From positions 1 to 64,000 of the forward strand of contig JANMLN010000124.1 in the NCBI GenBank assembly GCA_031372565.1: a stretch of DNA of 64,000 bases. Reading direction: 5' to 3'. The notes beneath the pieces were generated by a model. It searched no databases, was not told the origin of the DNA, and saw only the letters and a list, made by a program, of their open reading frames with translations. Made by a program: the position numbers and the translations under genes. Source of the DNA: Gemmatimonadota bacterium. Lineage in GTDB: Bacteria > Gemmatimonadota > Gemmatimonadetes > Gemmatimonadales > Gemmatimonadaceae. Shown one piece after another: positions 48,029 through 56,448 of the stretch. Each line of letters opens with the position of its first letter. Positions within the stretch are counted from its first letter, which is position 1.

Positions 48029-48146
48029 GGGGGCTCCTTGCGGGGGTGGGAGGACTACTTCGCGGCGCGGAGGTCGCGCGCGACGAAGACACGCGAGCCG
48101 GCCTCGGAGGTGAACGCCGTGGGGCGTGCGCAGGCGACGGTCCACG

Positions 48147-48707
48147 TCATCGCGCAGCGGCGGCGGCGGGGCCGGCTTCGATCTTGGCCTTGAGGCGCGC
48201 GAGGTCCTCGGTCTCCTTCTTCTGCGCCTCGGGCGTGACGAGGGGCTCCAGCAATCGCCAGAACAACGACGCGTAGGTGAAGCGCGACGCGCTGACGAGG
48301 CGCGTGCCGCCGCCGGGCAACGGGCGAAAGGTCGCGGTGCTGCGTCCGTCGAACATCGCGGGCATGCCGATGGTGATCGTCATGCTTGAGTCATCCTCGG
48401 CGGCCAAGGTGCGCACGAACGAGGAGCGCTTGCCGCCGTCGCGCGGGTCCTGCATGAACCACTCCTGCTGCGAGCCCGGGCCGGATGGCGTCGCGCCCAC
48501 CGGCTTGACCTCCACCAGCCAGGCAACCCACTGCGTGAGCTTGTCGGGCTCCATGAACCAGCGGCGCACCTCGGCCGGAGGTCGCGCGATGTCGATGGTG
48601 GTATCCATGCGCCCCGCGTTCGCACGCTGGCTCATGGCGAAGAGCGCGAGGAGGCCGGCGCCGATGAGGGACACGAGCCCGCCGCCGATGATCTTCACCC
48701 ACCTCAT
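48147..48707 (-). CDS. SRPBCC/START-family protein with N-terminal TM
   Basis: IDIARPPAEV...EPDKL..W, GGT.L, C-terminal helix DLARLKA. Confidence 0.8.
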   Translation of the reverse strand: MRWVKIIGGGLVSLIGAGLLALFAMSQRANAGRMDTTIDIARPPAEVRRWFMEPDKLTQWVAWLVEVKPVGATPSGPGSQQEWFMQDPRDGGKRSSFVRTLAAEDDSSMTITIGMPAMFDGRSTATFRPLPGGGTRLVSASRFTYASLFWRLLEPLVTPEAQKKETEDLARLKAKIEAGPAAAAAR

Positions 48708-49168
48708 GCGAGGGGCTCCGGCGTTGACCCCTGCTGCGAACGCGATGCGCTCCCGAGGTGCCAGCCGAGCGTCGCGATGGCGGCGGCGATGACGGAGCTG
48801 GCGAGCATCCACGTGAGGTGCGGTGGGTGATCGGCGCGAAGCGGCACGTGCGCGAGGATCGTGCGCCAGAGTGACCATGCGGCCAGGTGCGCGAACAGCC
48901 CGAAGGTCGCACCGACCGCGATCGGCGCCCGATGGCGCGTGACGACGCGCACGCCGAGCGCGCCCCAGCAGCGGAGCAGCGCGTCGAGTGCATCGCGCCA
49001 GTGATGCTGCGAGGCACCTGCGCTCCAGATCTCGACGAGGTCACCGGCGATCGCCTCGCCGTAGGGCGCGCTCACGAGCCGGACCAGCACGCGGAGCAGT
49101 CGCGCGTCGGTCGCACTCAGGCCCGGCGGAAGTGGCTCATGCGGTCCCAAGCGCCGCCTCCAGTCCAT
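48704..49168 (-). CDS. Hypothetical membrane protein of the PadR-associated type (start uncertain)
   Basis: EAIAGDLVE motif plus TMs; the ATGA coupled to padR (49140) is out of frame. Confidence 0.55.
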   Translation of the reverse strand: MDWRRRLGPHEPLPPGLSATDARLLRVLVRLVSAPYGEAIAGDLVEIWSAGASQHHWRDALDALLRCWGALGVRVVTRHRAPIAVGATFGLFAHLAAWSLWRTILAHVPLRADHPPHLTWMLASSVIAAAIATLGWHLGSASRSQQGSTPEPLA

Positions 49169-49466
49169 CCATCATGCGCTGCACCGCGTCGTGCGAGCGC
49201 GCGATGGCTTGCTTGCCGGAGGCCGTGAGCCGGTAGCAGCGTCGCGAGCGGCCACCGCGTTCGCCCGTGGGGGCGGAGTCGGAGGCCGTGAGCAGCCCCT
49301 TGTCCTCGAGGCGCACGAGCGTGGCGTAGACCGCGCCCAACGTCACCGCGCGCGGCGTGCGCGTGGTGATCTCCCGCTGGATCGTGACGCCGTAGGCGTC
49401 GGGCGCGAGGCGGGCGACGGCGAGGGCGACGAGCATCTCGAACTCGCCCAGGTAGGAACTCGACAT
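49137..49466 (-). CDS. PadR-family transcriptional regulator
   Basis: LGEFE..V, AYGV.I, GAVY.TL.RLE.KG, R.R..Y.LT..G. Confidence 0.92.
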   Translation of the reverse strand: MSSSYLGEFEMLVALAVARLAPDAYGVTIQREITTRTPRAVTLGAVYATLVRLEDKGLLTASDSAPTGERGGRSRRCYRLTASGKQAIARSHDAVQRMMDGLEAALGTA

Positions 49467-49486
49467 AGTCCTACAATGTAGAACTA
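49466..49486. promoter_or_regulatory. Palindromic operator over the padR -10 and start
   Basis: TAGTC-CTACA-A-TGTAG-AACTA; contains TACATT on the minus strand. Confidence 0.7.
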
Positions 49487-49502
49487 ATGGACGACGCGCA
49501 AG

Positions 49503-49526
49503 GGGCCACCCCGCGCGGGGTGGCCC
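49503..49526. repeat. Perfect 24-nt palindrome
   Basis: GGGCCACCCCGCGCGGGGTGGCCC. Confidence 0.6.
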
Positions 49527-49706
49527 GGTCGCGTGTGAGAGTGGAGGGGGAGCCAATACTCCAGCCACCCCGATCGCATTTCCTATCGGGACCACCCGCG
49601 CGAGCGCCCCGCCCGGAGTGTCCGGAACCGCGCACACATCCGCTCTGGCCTTTACTCGGGCACAGAGACAGAATTGCGGATTCGACGCTCCCTCACTCCC
49701 GCTCAC

Positions 49707-52469
49707 GTGTTCACCACCGAGCAGCTCAACACCGCCCTCGCCGGTCGATACGTCATTGAACGACGCATCGGCGAGGGCGGCATGGCCATCGTCTACCTCG
49801 CGCGCGACCTGAAGCACGATCGCCGGGTCGCACTCAAGGTGCTGCGTCCTGACTTGGGCGCGATCGTCGGCGAGGAACGGTTCCTGGCCGAGATCCGTGT
49901 GACGGCCAATCTGCAGCATCCCAACCTGCTGCCGTTGTTCGATTCGGGCGCCGCGGATGGTCTGCTCTTCTACGTCATGCCGTACGTGGAAGGCGAGTCG
50001 CTGCGCGCGCGTATCGACCGCGAGAAGCAGCTGCCGGTGGACGAGGCCGTACGCATCACGGTCGCGATCGCGGGCGCGCTCGAGACGGCGCACCAGCAGG
50101 GGATCATCCATCGGGATCTCAAGCCCGAGAACATCCTCCTGCAGGCCGGACAGCCGGTGATCGCCGACTTCGGGATCGCGCTCGCGGTGAGCAACGCCGG
50201 CGGCGCGCGCATCACGCAGACGGGCCTCTCGCTCGGCACGCCGATGTACATGAGTCCCGAGCAGGCCACGGGTGATCGCTCGATCGACGGGCGTACCGAT
50301 CTGTACTCGCTCGCGGCGATGACGTACGAGATGCTCACCGGCGAGGCGCCGCACACCGGCACGACGTCGCAGGCGATCATCGCGAAGCTGATGACCGAGA
50401 ATCCGCGGCCGCTCACGACGCTCAGACGCAACGTGCCGCCGCACGTGAATGCGGCCGTGCTGCACGCGCTCGAGAAGGTGCCGGCCGACCGGTTCTCCAC
50501 GCCGCGCGAGTTTGCGGCGGCGCTCACGACGCCTGGGGCGGTACTGGCCACCGGGACGGTGGGCGACGCGGTGCCGGTCGCCCAAAGGCGCGGCGCGAGC
50601 GCGGGCCGCCTGATCGTGGCGGGGCTGGCGGGCGCGGTGATCACCGGGGCGGCGGCCGCGGGGTGGATGGCGTACACGCGAGTGAGTCCGCCAGTGACGC
50701 GGGTCTTTCTCGATGTGCCGGAGAATGCGCGCGTGGCTGAGCGCTCGCGGTTCGCCCTGTCGGCTGATGGCTCCACCCTCGCGTACAACAGCGATGCCGA
50801 CTCGACGGCGCCATACGCCCTGTGGGTGAAGGGGCGCTCGCAGCCCACGCCTCGGCAGTTGATTCCTCGTCCCGTGAACAACTACGCGCTCTCCGCAGAC
50901 GGCAGTTGGTTGGCGTACATCGAAGGGGGGCGGCTGTTCAAGATCTCGACCACCGGCGGCACGGGGATCCCGTTGGCCGACTCGGTCGGTGCCGTGCTGG
51001 GATGGACTGAGGCGGGCGAGATAGTCGTCGGCCGATTTGATGCGTCGCGCCGGCGGGGCGTGGTCTATCGCATCGCGGCGGACGGTGGTGCGTCGAGCCA
51101 GCTGGTGGCCCTTCCGGACTCTCTCTTTCCGACCAACCCCGTGATACTGCCAGGGCAGAAGGGAGTGCTGTTCGCTGGCTGCCCCGCGCGCGCCTGTACG
51201 GCTGGCGGAGGCGACTTCTCGCTCTGGGTCATTTCCACCGCCACGGGGGAAGCGCGTACCCTGCTGCCCGGTGGTATCGCGGGGTGGTACCTCCCGACAG
51301 GCGATGTGCTCGCCATTCGGCGCGACGGGACGCTGTTGAGGCTTCCCTTCGATCTGGGCTCCCTGACCGTCCGCGGGAATCCGGTCCCGGTGCTTGATAG
51401 TGTCGGGGTCTTCGTCTCGCGTGGCGGCGCACCAGTCGCGCAGTTTGCCGTCTCGTCACAGGGCACGATGGTCGCCACCCTCGGTTCGGTGAGCGCCACC
51501 CGCACTGGCGGGGGACGGTACCGCATGCTGTGGGTGGATCGCACCGGCAAGGTGACGCCCATGGACTCCTCCTGGACCGTCTCCCTCACGGTCGCCACCG
51601 GCAACATCGGCTGGGCCATCTCACCCGATGGGCGACGGCTGGTGATCGGGGAGAACCGGCAAGGGCAAGACAACATCTGGATCAAGGAGCTCAAGCCGAA
51701 TGGCAACGAGATGCGGCTCACAACCGACACGGCGTCGGAGTATCGCCCGCGCTGGAGCGCTGACGGCCGCACGGTGACGTACCAGCGGTCCACCGGATTG
51801 CAGGCGCTGTACCGACGGGCCGCCGACGGCACGGGAGAGGAGACCCTGATACTCCCTCCCAAGCGACTCGGCGTGGCGGAGCACGCATTCTCGCCCGACG
51901 GCAAGTGGCTGGTGCATCGCAAGGGCGGCAACAACGACATCGTGGGCGGACGCGACATCTGGGCGCGCCGCACCGATGGCGACACCGTCGGGAAGCCGAT
52001 CGTCGCCGATCCCAAGTTCGACGAGGCGGCGTTCTCGATCTCCCCTGACGGGCGGTGGATCGCCTTCGAGTCGAACGAGACCGGTGCACGCGAGGTGTAC
52101 GTGCGTCCGTTCCCCGAGACCGACAGCGGCAAGTGGAAGGTCTCGAATGGCGGTGCACACGCCGCCCTGTGGGCGCGCAACGGGCGCGAACTCTACTTCG
52201 TCACCAGCGCACGCGACCTGATGGCGGTGCCGCTGCGCCCCACCGCCACCTCGCCCGGGCTCGGCACACCGGTCAAGCTCTTCCGCGTGCAGGACAACTG
52301 GGCGCTGCGCGACGACGAGAACTACACGCCGTTCGACGTGGCCCCGGACGGCCGCTTCCTCATGGCCGAGCAGGTGGGGAATCGCGAGCAGGTGGCGCCC
52401 AAGCGGCGCCCAGTGCTGTACGTCGAGAACTGGTTCGCGGAGCTCATGCGGTCAGGGAAGGAGCGATAG
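49707..52469 (+). CDS. Hanks-type Ser/Thr kinase with TM and PD40/TolB-like beta-propeller repeats
   Basis: GEGGMAIVY, VALK, HRDLKPEN, DFG, MSPEQ; repeated (W/F/I)SPDG. Confidence 0.93.
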   Translation: MFTTEQLNTALAGRYVIERRIGEGGMAIVYLARDLKHDRRVALKVLRPDLGAIVGEERFLAEIRVTANLQHPNLLPLFDSGAADGLLFYVMPYVEGESLRARIDREKQLPVDEAVRITVAIAGALETAHQQGIIHRDLKPENILLQAGQPVIADFGIALAVSNAGGARITQTGLSLGTPMYMSPEQATGDRSIDGRTDLYSLAAMTYEMLTGEAPHTGTTSQAIIAKLMTENPRPLTTLRRNVPPHVNAAVLHALEKVPADRFSTPREFAAALTTPGAVLATGTVGDAVPVAQRRGASAGRLIVAGLAGAVITGAAAAGWMAYTRVSPPVTRVFLDVPENARVAERSRFALSADGSTLAYNSDADSTAPYALWVKGRSQPTPRQLIPRPVNNYALSADGSWLAYIEGGRLFKISTTGGTGIPLADSVGAVLGWTEAGEIVVGRFDASRRRGVVYRIAADGGASSQLVALPDSLFPTNPVILPGQKGVLFAGCPARACTAGGGDFSLWVISTATGEARTLLPGGIAGWYLPTGDVLAIRRDGTLLRLPFDLGSLTVRGNPVPVLDSVGVFVSRGGAPVAQFAVSSQGTMVATLGSVSATRTGGGRYRMLWVDRTGKVTPMDSSWTVSLTVATGNIGWAISPDGRRLVIGENRQGQDNIWIKELKPNGNEMRLTTDTASEYRPRWSADGRTVTYQRSTGLQALYRRAADGTGEETLILPPKRLGVAEHAFSPDGKWLVHRKGGNNDIVGGRDIWARRTDGDTVGKPIVADPKFDEAAFSISPDGRWIAFESNETGAREVYVRPFPETDSGKWKVSNGGAHAALWARNGRELYFVTSARDLMAVPLRPTATSPGLGTPVKLFRVQDNWALRDDENYTPFDVAPDGRFLMAEQVGNREQVAPKRRPVLYVENWFAELMRSGKER

Positions 52470-52668
52470 ACCCCGTGAGCATGCTCGAGCGACTCGCGGC
52501 GGCCCTCGCCGGACGGTACGCCGTCGAGCGCGAAATCGGGGCCGGCGGCATGGCCACCGTCACGAGGCCGGGCTTGGTCGGATGGCGATACTGCGCGTGG
52601 CTGCCGCGCGTCCGAGCGCGCAACCAGCCGTCATCGCGCAGGACGCGGAGCATATCGCGGATCTTCAC
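52444..52668 (-). pseudogene. hicA: HicA-family toxin, 3'-truncated and running into antisense kinase sequence
   Basis: MKIRDMLRVLRDDGW..ARTRGSH.QYRHPTKPGLVTVA; no hicB present. Confidence 0.8.
52475..52561 (+). pseudogene. 5' stub of a second paralogous kinase
   Basis: SMLERLAAALAGRYAVEREIGAGGMATV matches the upstream kinase start LNTALAGRYVIERRIGEGGMAIV, then similarity ends. Confidence 0.75.
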
Positions 52669-52889
52669 CTGCGGAGTTGCACGAGTCCGCGTGAGGAAGG
52701 CAAGCGCGTAACGTGCGCAGTCAGGCGCGTGCGAACAGCGACCGTTCGTCGCCGCCCTCCGGGCGCACGGCCTACTCATCCTTTCAGGCGATGGTAGTCC
52801 GAAGGAGGGATGTGCAGCATGTGATGTGGGCGCCGAGGCCACGGCCGAGGGACTTTGGGCAACGCGCCAGACATCGAGGATCCATTCAC

Positions 52890-53723
52890 ATGTCTCGCAT
52901 GCGCACTTTCGGCGCCGTCGCACGGGCCGCCGTCGCGACGCTGGTGCTCTCGACCGTCGCAGCCGCCCAAGGGCCGCTCCGGAGCGCCAACCCGTTTGCC
53001 GTGCTCGGTGGCTCAACCGTGACCAATACGGGCCCCACCACGATCACCGGCAATCTCGGCCTGTATCCGGGAACGGCCATCACAGGTCTCGGCAGCATCA
53101 CGCTGAACGGCACCGTGCACGCCACCGATGGCGTGGCCGCGCTCGCGCAGCAGGACGCGCGTACCGCGTACAACTACTTCCGCAGCCTGCCGCTCACGAC
53201 CGACCTCTCGGGTATCGATCTGGGTGGTCGTACGTTGACGCCGGGGGTCTACGCGTTCTCGTCCTCGGCGCAACTGACCGGCAACCTGGTGCTCGACTTC
53301 CTCGGCAACCCGAATGGACAGTTCATCTTCCAGATCGGCAGCGCGTTCACGTCCGCGAGCGGATCGTCGGTGTCGGTGCTCAACGGCGGCGCGGGCAGCG
53401 GCGTGTACTGGCAGGTTGGCAGTTCGGCCACGCTCGGCAGCACGACGAGCTTCATGGGCAACCTGATTGCCGACCAGAGCATCACGATGACGACCGGGGC
53501 CAAGATCGGCTGCGGGCGCGCGTTCGCGCTCGTTGGTGCCGTCACACTCGACAACAACGTGATTGCCGCGAGTTGCCGTGCTGGCGGCGGCCCCGATGAC
53601 TTCGGCAGCGGTGGCTTCAGTGGCGGGACCCAGCCGGCCGTGGTGCCGGAGCCCGCGACGTTCGTGTTGCTCGGAAGCGGGCTTCTCGGCATGCTGGCGT
53701 TCGGGTGTCGTCGCTCTCGCTGA
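52890..53723 (+). CDS. DUF3494 ice-binding-like protein with PEP-CTERM sorting tail
   Basis: Signal peptide; [65 protein letters not shown]. Confidence 0.9.
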   Translation: MSRMRTFGAVARAAVATLVLSTVAAAQGPLRSANPFAVLGGSTVTNTGPTTITGNLGLYPGTAITGLGSITLNGTVHATDGVAALAQQDARTAYNYFRSLPLTTDLSGIDLGGRTLTPGVYAFSSSAQLTGNLVLDFLGNPNGQFIFQIGSAFTSASGSSVSVLNGGAGSGVYWQVGSSATLGSTTSFMGNLIADQSITMTTGAKIGCGRAFALVGAVTLDNNVIAASCRAGGGPDDFGSGGFSGGTQPAVVPEPATFVLLGSGLLGMLAFGCRRSR

Positions 53724-53728
53724 CGCGC

Positions 53729-54865
53729 ATGACGGATCCCGCATCTCGCCGCCACGTGCTCGCCGCGATCGGGCTCGTGGCCGCGGGGCTCGCGATGCGT
53801 CGGACCCGCACGTGGGGAACGGTGCAGGCATCCGCACCGCTGCGTGGAGGGGCCCCCGCGCTCCTGAGGCTCGTGTCGGCCCCACTCGCGGCACCGTCAT
53901 CGCTCCTTGCGATCGTCACCGCCGCCACGCGCGCGGCCTCCAGCCACAATACCCAACCGTGGACGGTGAGCCTTTCGGACAGCATGGTGTCGGTGAAGCC
54001 CGACTTCACCCGCCGATGTCCGCAGGTCGACCCGGATGATCACCATCTGTACGCGAGCCTTGGATGCCTGGCGGAGAACATCCACATTGCCGCGCGGGCG
54101 GCCGGGTGGCCCGGCGACGTCGGCGTGACGCTGCCGCATGTCGCGGACGGGCGTGCACGACTCGTGCTGGCCGACGGCCCACGCGATCTGGCGCCATTCG
54201 CGGCGGCCATGGCGGCGCGTCAGTGTACGCGCAGCGGGTTCGATGGACGGTCCGTGCCGGTGCCGCATCTCAAGCTGCTGTCCGCGGCCGGCACCGGCGA
54301 TGGCGTCAGCATGCTGCTGTTCACGGACCCGGAGCATCGAAGCGGGACCGCCGAGTGGGTGGCACAGGGCAACACCGCGCAGATCGACGACGCCGCGTGG
54401 CGCGAGGAACTCGTGCGGTGGCTCCGATTCAGCGAGGGCGAGGCGCGAGAACACGGGGACGGACTCTGGTCTGCGGCGACCGGCAATCCGGGACTCTGGC
54501 GCGCCATCGGCAAGGTCGCCCTGACGCTCACCTACTCCTCGCGATCGCAGAACAAGAAGGAGGTGCCGTGGATCACGGGCTCGTCCGGCATCGCCGTGTT
54601 CGTCTCGGAGCGCAACGACGCGCCGCACTGGATCGAGGCGGGGCGCTGCTACCAGCGATTCGCCCTGCAGGCGACGCTGCTCGGCATCAGGCACGCCTTC
54701 ATCAACCAGGCGGTGGAAGTGGCGGCGTTGCGACCGCAGTTCGCGACCTGGTTGGGAATCGGAGATCGCCGTCCGGATCTCGTGGTGCGGTTCGGGTACG
54801 CGGAGGCGATGCCCATGTCGTTCCGGCGGCCGATGGCCGCCGTGCTGGCGCGCGACGACGGGTGA
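53729..54865 (+). CDS. Acg-type FMN nitroreductase-like protein with a Tat-like leader
   Basis: SRRHVL leader, AASSHNTQPW, DPD..L..SLGC..EN, RQCTR, W..AG...R..L.AT, R.GY, RRP. Confidence 0.8.
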   Translation: MTDPASRRHVLAAIGLVAAGLAMRRTRTWGTVQASAPLRGGAPALLRLVSAPLAAPSSLLAIVTAATRAASSHNTQPWTVSLSDSMVSVKPDFTRRCPQVDPDDHHLYASLGCLAENIHIAARAAGWPGDVGVTLPHVADGRARLVLADGPRDLAPFAAAMAARQCTRSGFDGRSVPVPHLKLLSAAGTGDGVSMLLFTDPEHRSGTAEWVAQGNTAQIDDAAWREELVRWLRFSEGEAREHGDGLWSAATGNPGLWRAIGKVALTLTYSSRSQNKKEVPWITGSSGIAVFVSERNDAPHWIEAGRCYQRFALQATLLGIRHAFINQAVEVAALRPQFATWLGIGDRRPDLVVRFGYAEAMPMSFRRPMAAVLARDDG

Positions 54866-55009
54866 GCGGCGTCGGACTCGTCCGGTGGGCGATCGCGTCG
54901 CATACGCAACCGACGCGGATCGAAATTCCTTCTGTGAAGCGCCGGCCCGCGACAAGCCCCCACATGCTGTTGCGAGGCTTGGCGTGGCAGCTTCTTCAAT
55001 TGTCCGAGC

Positions 55010-55185
55010 GATCCTCGAGGTGCTGCTCAGCCTTGTGTTCGCGCGCTCGGATGGGACGCGATGGTCCCGGCGCATGCGGGTGGTCCGAAGAAGCGGGGTG
55101 GCGCCAACTCTCCCACGACGTCGATGGTCCGTGGTGCGTCAAGGAATCTCACGCGCGCTGTCGCTCCCGATTCAGTCATCTCGAT
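55010..55185 (-). ncRNA. Candidate bridge/seek RNA (boundaries approximate)
   Basis: Two stem-flanked internal loops carrying GAGATTCCT/GGGAGAG and ACCACCC/ACACAAG, resembling the target and donor junctions. Confidence 0.6.
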
Positions 55186-55204
55186 TCGCGCCCGGTGCGC
55201 GGCG

Positions 55205-56233
55205 CTACGCCGCGCGGGGTGGGGCCTCCGTCGGACGCGGGCGGAGCTGCTGCGCGTCGAACGACGCACCGTCCCGCCAGATCGCGTAGAGGATGCCCGC
55301 CAGTCGGCGCGCGAGGGCGACCGCGTCGCTGCGCGATCTGCACGGTCCACGCACGCAGCGCCGCGGTCTCGGTGGACGTCGAGCGCAGGATCGTCCACGC
55401 CGCTTCCACCAGCAGCCAGCGCATGCGCCCGTTGCCCGCTTTCGTGAGGTGCCCCAGCTGCCGCTTCGCGCGCGATCTGCGCTCGCTCGGAATCAGGCCG
55501 AGGTACGCCTCGAGTTCGTGGGCCGAGCGAAACCGCGTGATGTCATCCACCGTGGCCACGAACGCGCTGGCCGTCAGGGGCCCCACGCCCGGCGCGGTCG
55601 TGAGGCGCAGCGCGATGGGCTCCTCCTGCACGAAGGCCGCGATGCGCGCATCGGCCACGCCGATCTGCGCGTTGAGCGGGGTGAACACCGCGAACAGTGG
55701 CGACAGTTCGGTGGTCAACGTGGGTGAGAGCTCCAACTCGGCAATCCGCGTCGGCGCCCAGGCACTCGCACTCGTTGGCACCCGCAACCCGTCGCGTCGT
55801 ACGAGCGCCTTCGCGAGCGCGACATACCGCGTGCGCGTGCGCACGAGCGCATCGCGCACTGCGGGTTCGGCCCGCACATGCCGTCGCGCCTCGGAGAGCC
55901 GATAGGCCGGACGCCAGGCGCCCGTTTCGCACGCGTCCATCAGTGTGCGCGCATCGCGCTTATCGGTCTTGGTGCGGCGCGAGCGATTGGCGTACATCGG
56001 CGCATAGTTCGGGTCTGCCACGATCACCTCGTGGCCGAGCGAATCGAGGTGGCGCGCCACCCACTCGCTCTCCCTGCTCGCTTCGAGCAGGATGCGAGCC
56101 GGCGCCCGCCCGCGCAGCACCGCGGTGAACCGCTCCCGGCTGGTGGCGATCCGGCGATCGGTGACGGTCCCGTCGGCTGCCTTCATCGACAGCTGACTCT
56201 TGCGCTTGTGCAGATCCAGGCCTATGACTTCAC
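55205..56233 (-). pseudogene. IS110-family DEDD recombinase/transposase, frameshifted near both ends
   Basis: IGLDLHK, LEAS, KTDKRDA, PGVG, YLGLIP, TKAGN..MR..L.EAA; GTG 56233 (after GGAGG) is out of frame with EVIGLD; VALARRLAGILYAIWRDG continues in another frame from about 55320. Confidence 0.88.
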
Positions 56234-56448
56234 GGTGGCTGGCCTCCCGGTATGCGCCCCGGCGGCAGACGGTGCGCGGGTGGATCGTGGTGGGGCAGAG
56301 GGTAGCTCCGCGTTACCGTGGAGGTCCAGCCGCCGCTTCATACCAACTATCCCGACTTCGACCCGAGCTCCGAGGTATCCTGTGCGCCGTTCGCAGACTC
56401 CCCCCCCCCGCGCTGAATACACACAGGCGAGCATTCGCTGCGCGCAGC

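Larger units (their letters stand above)
54931..56348 (-). mobile_element. IS110-family element, IS1111-type organisation
   Basis: Sub-terminal IRs TGAAGCGCCGGC (54935-54946) and GCCGCCGCTTCA (56329-56340), 11/12 match; CT duplicated at 54929-54930 and 56347-56348; long non-coding region 3' of the transposase. Confidence 0.85.

Noticed and set aside
49467..50585. Long N-terminal extension of PadR (482-aa ORF)
   Set aside because: Antisense of the kinase; the PadR domain starts at ATG 49466 behind its own -10 and operator.
54064..55905. 613-aa plus-strand ORF crossing the IS boundary
   Set aside because: Off-frame and antisense reading of the nitroreductase-like gene and the IS110 element.
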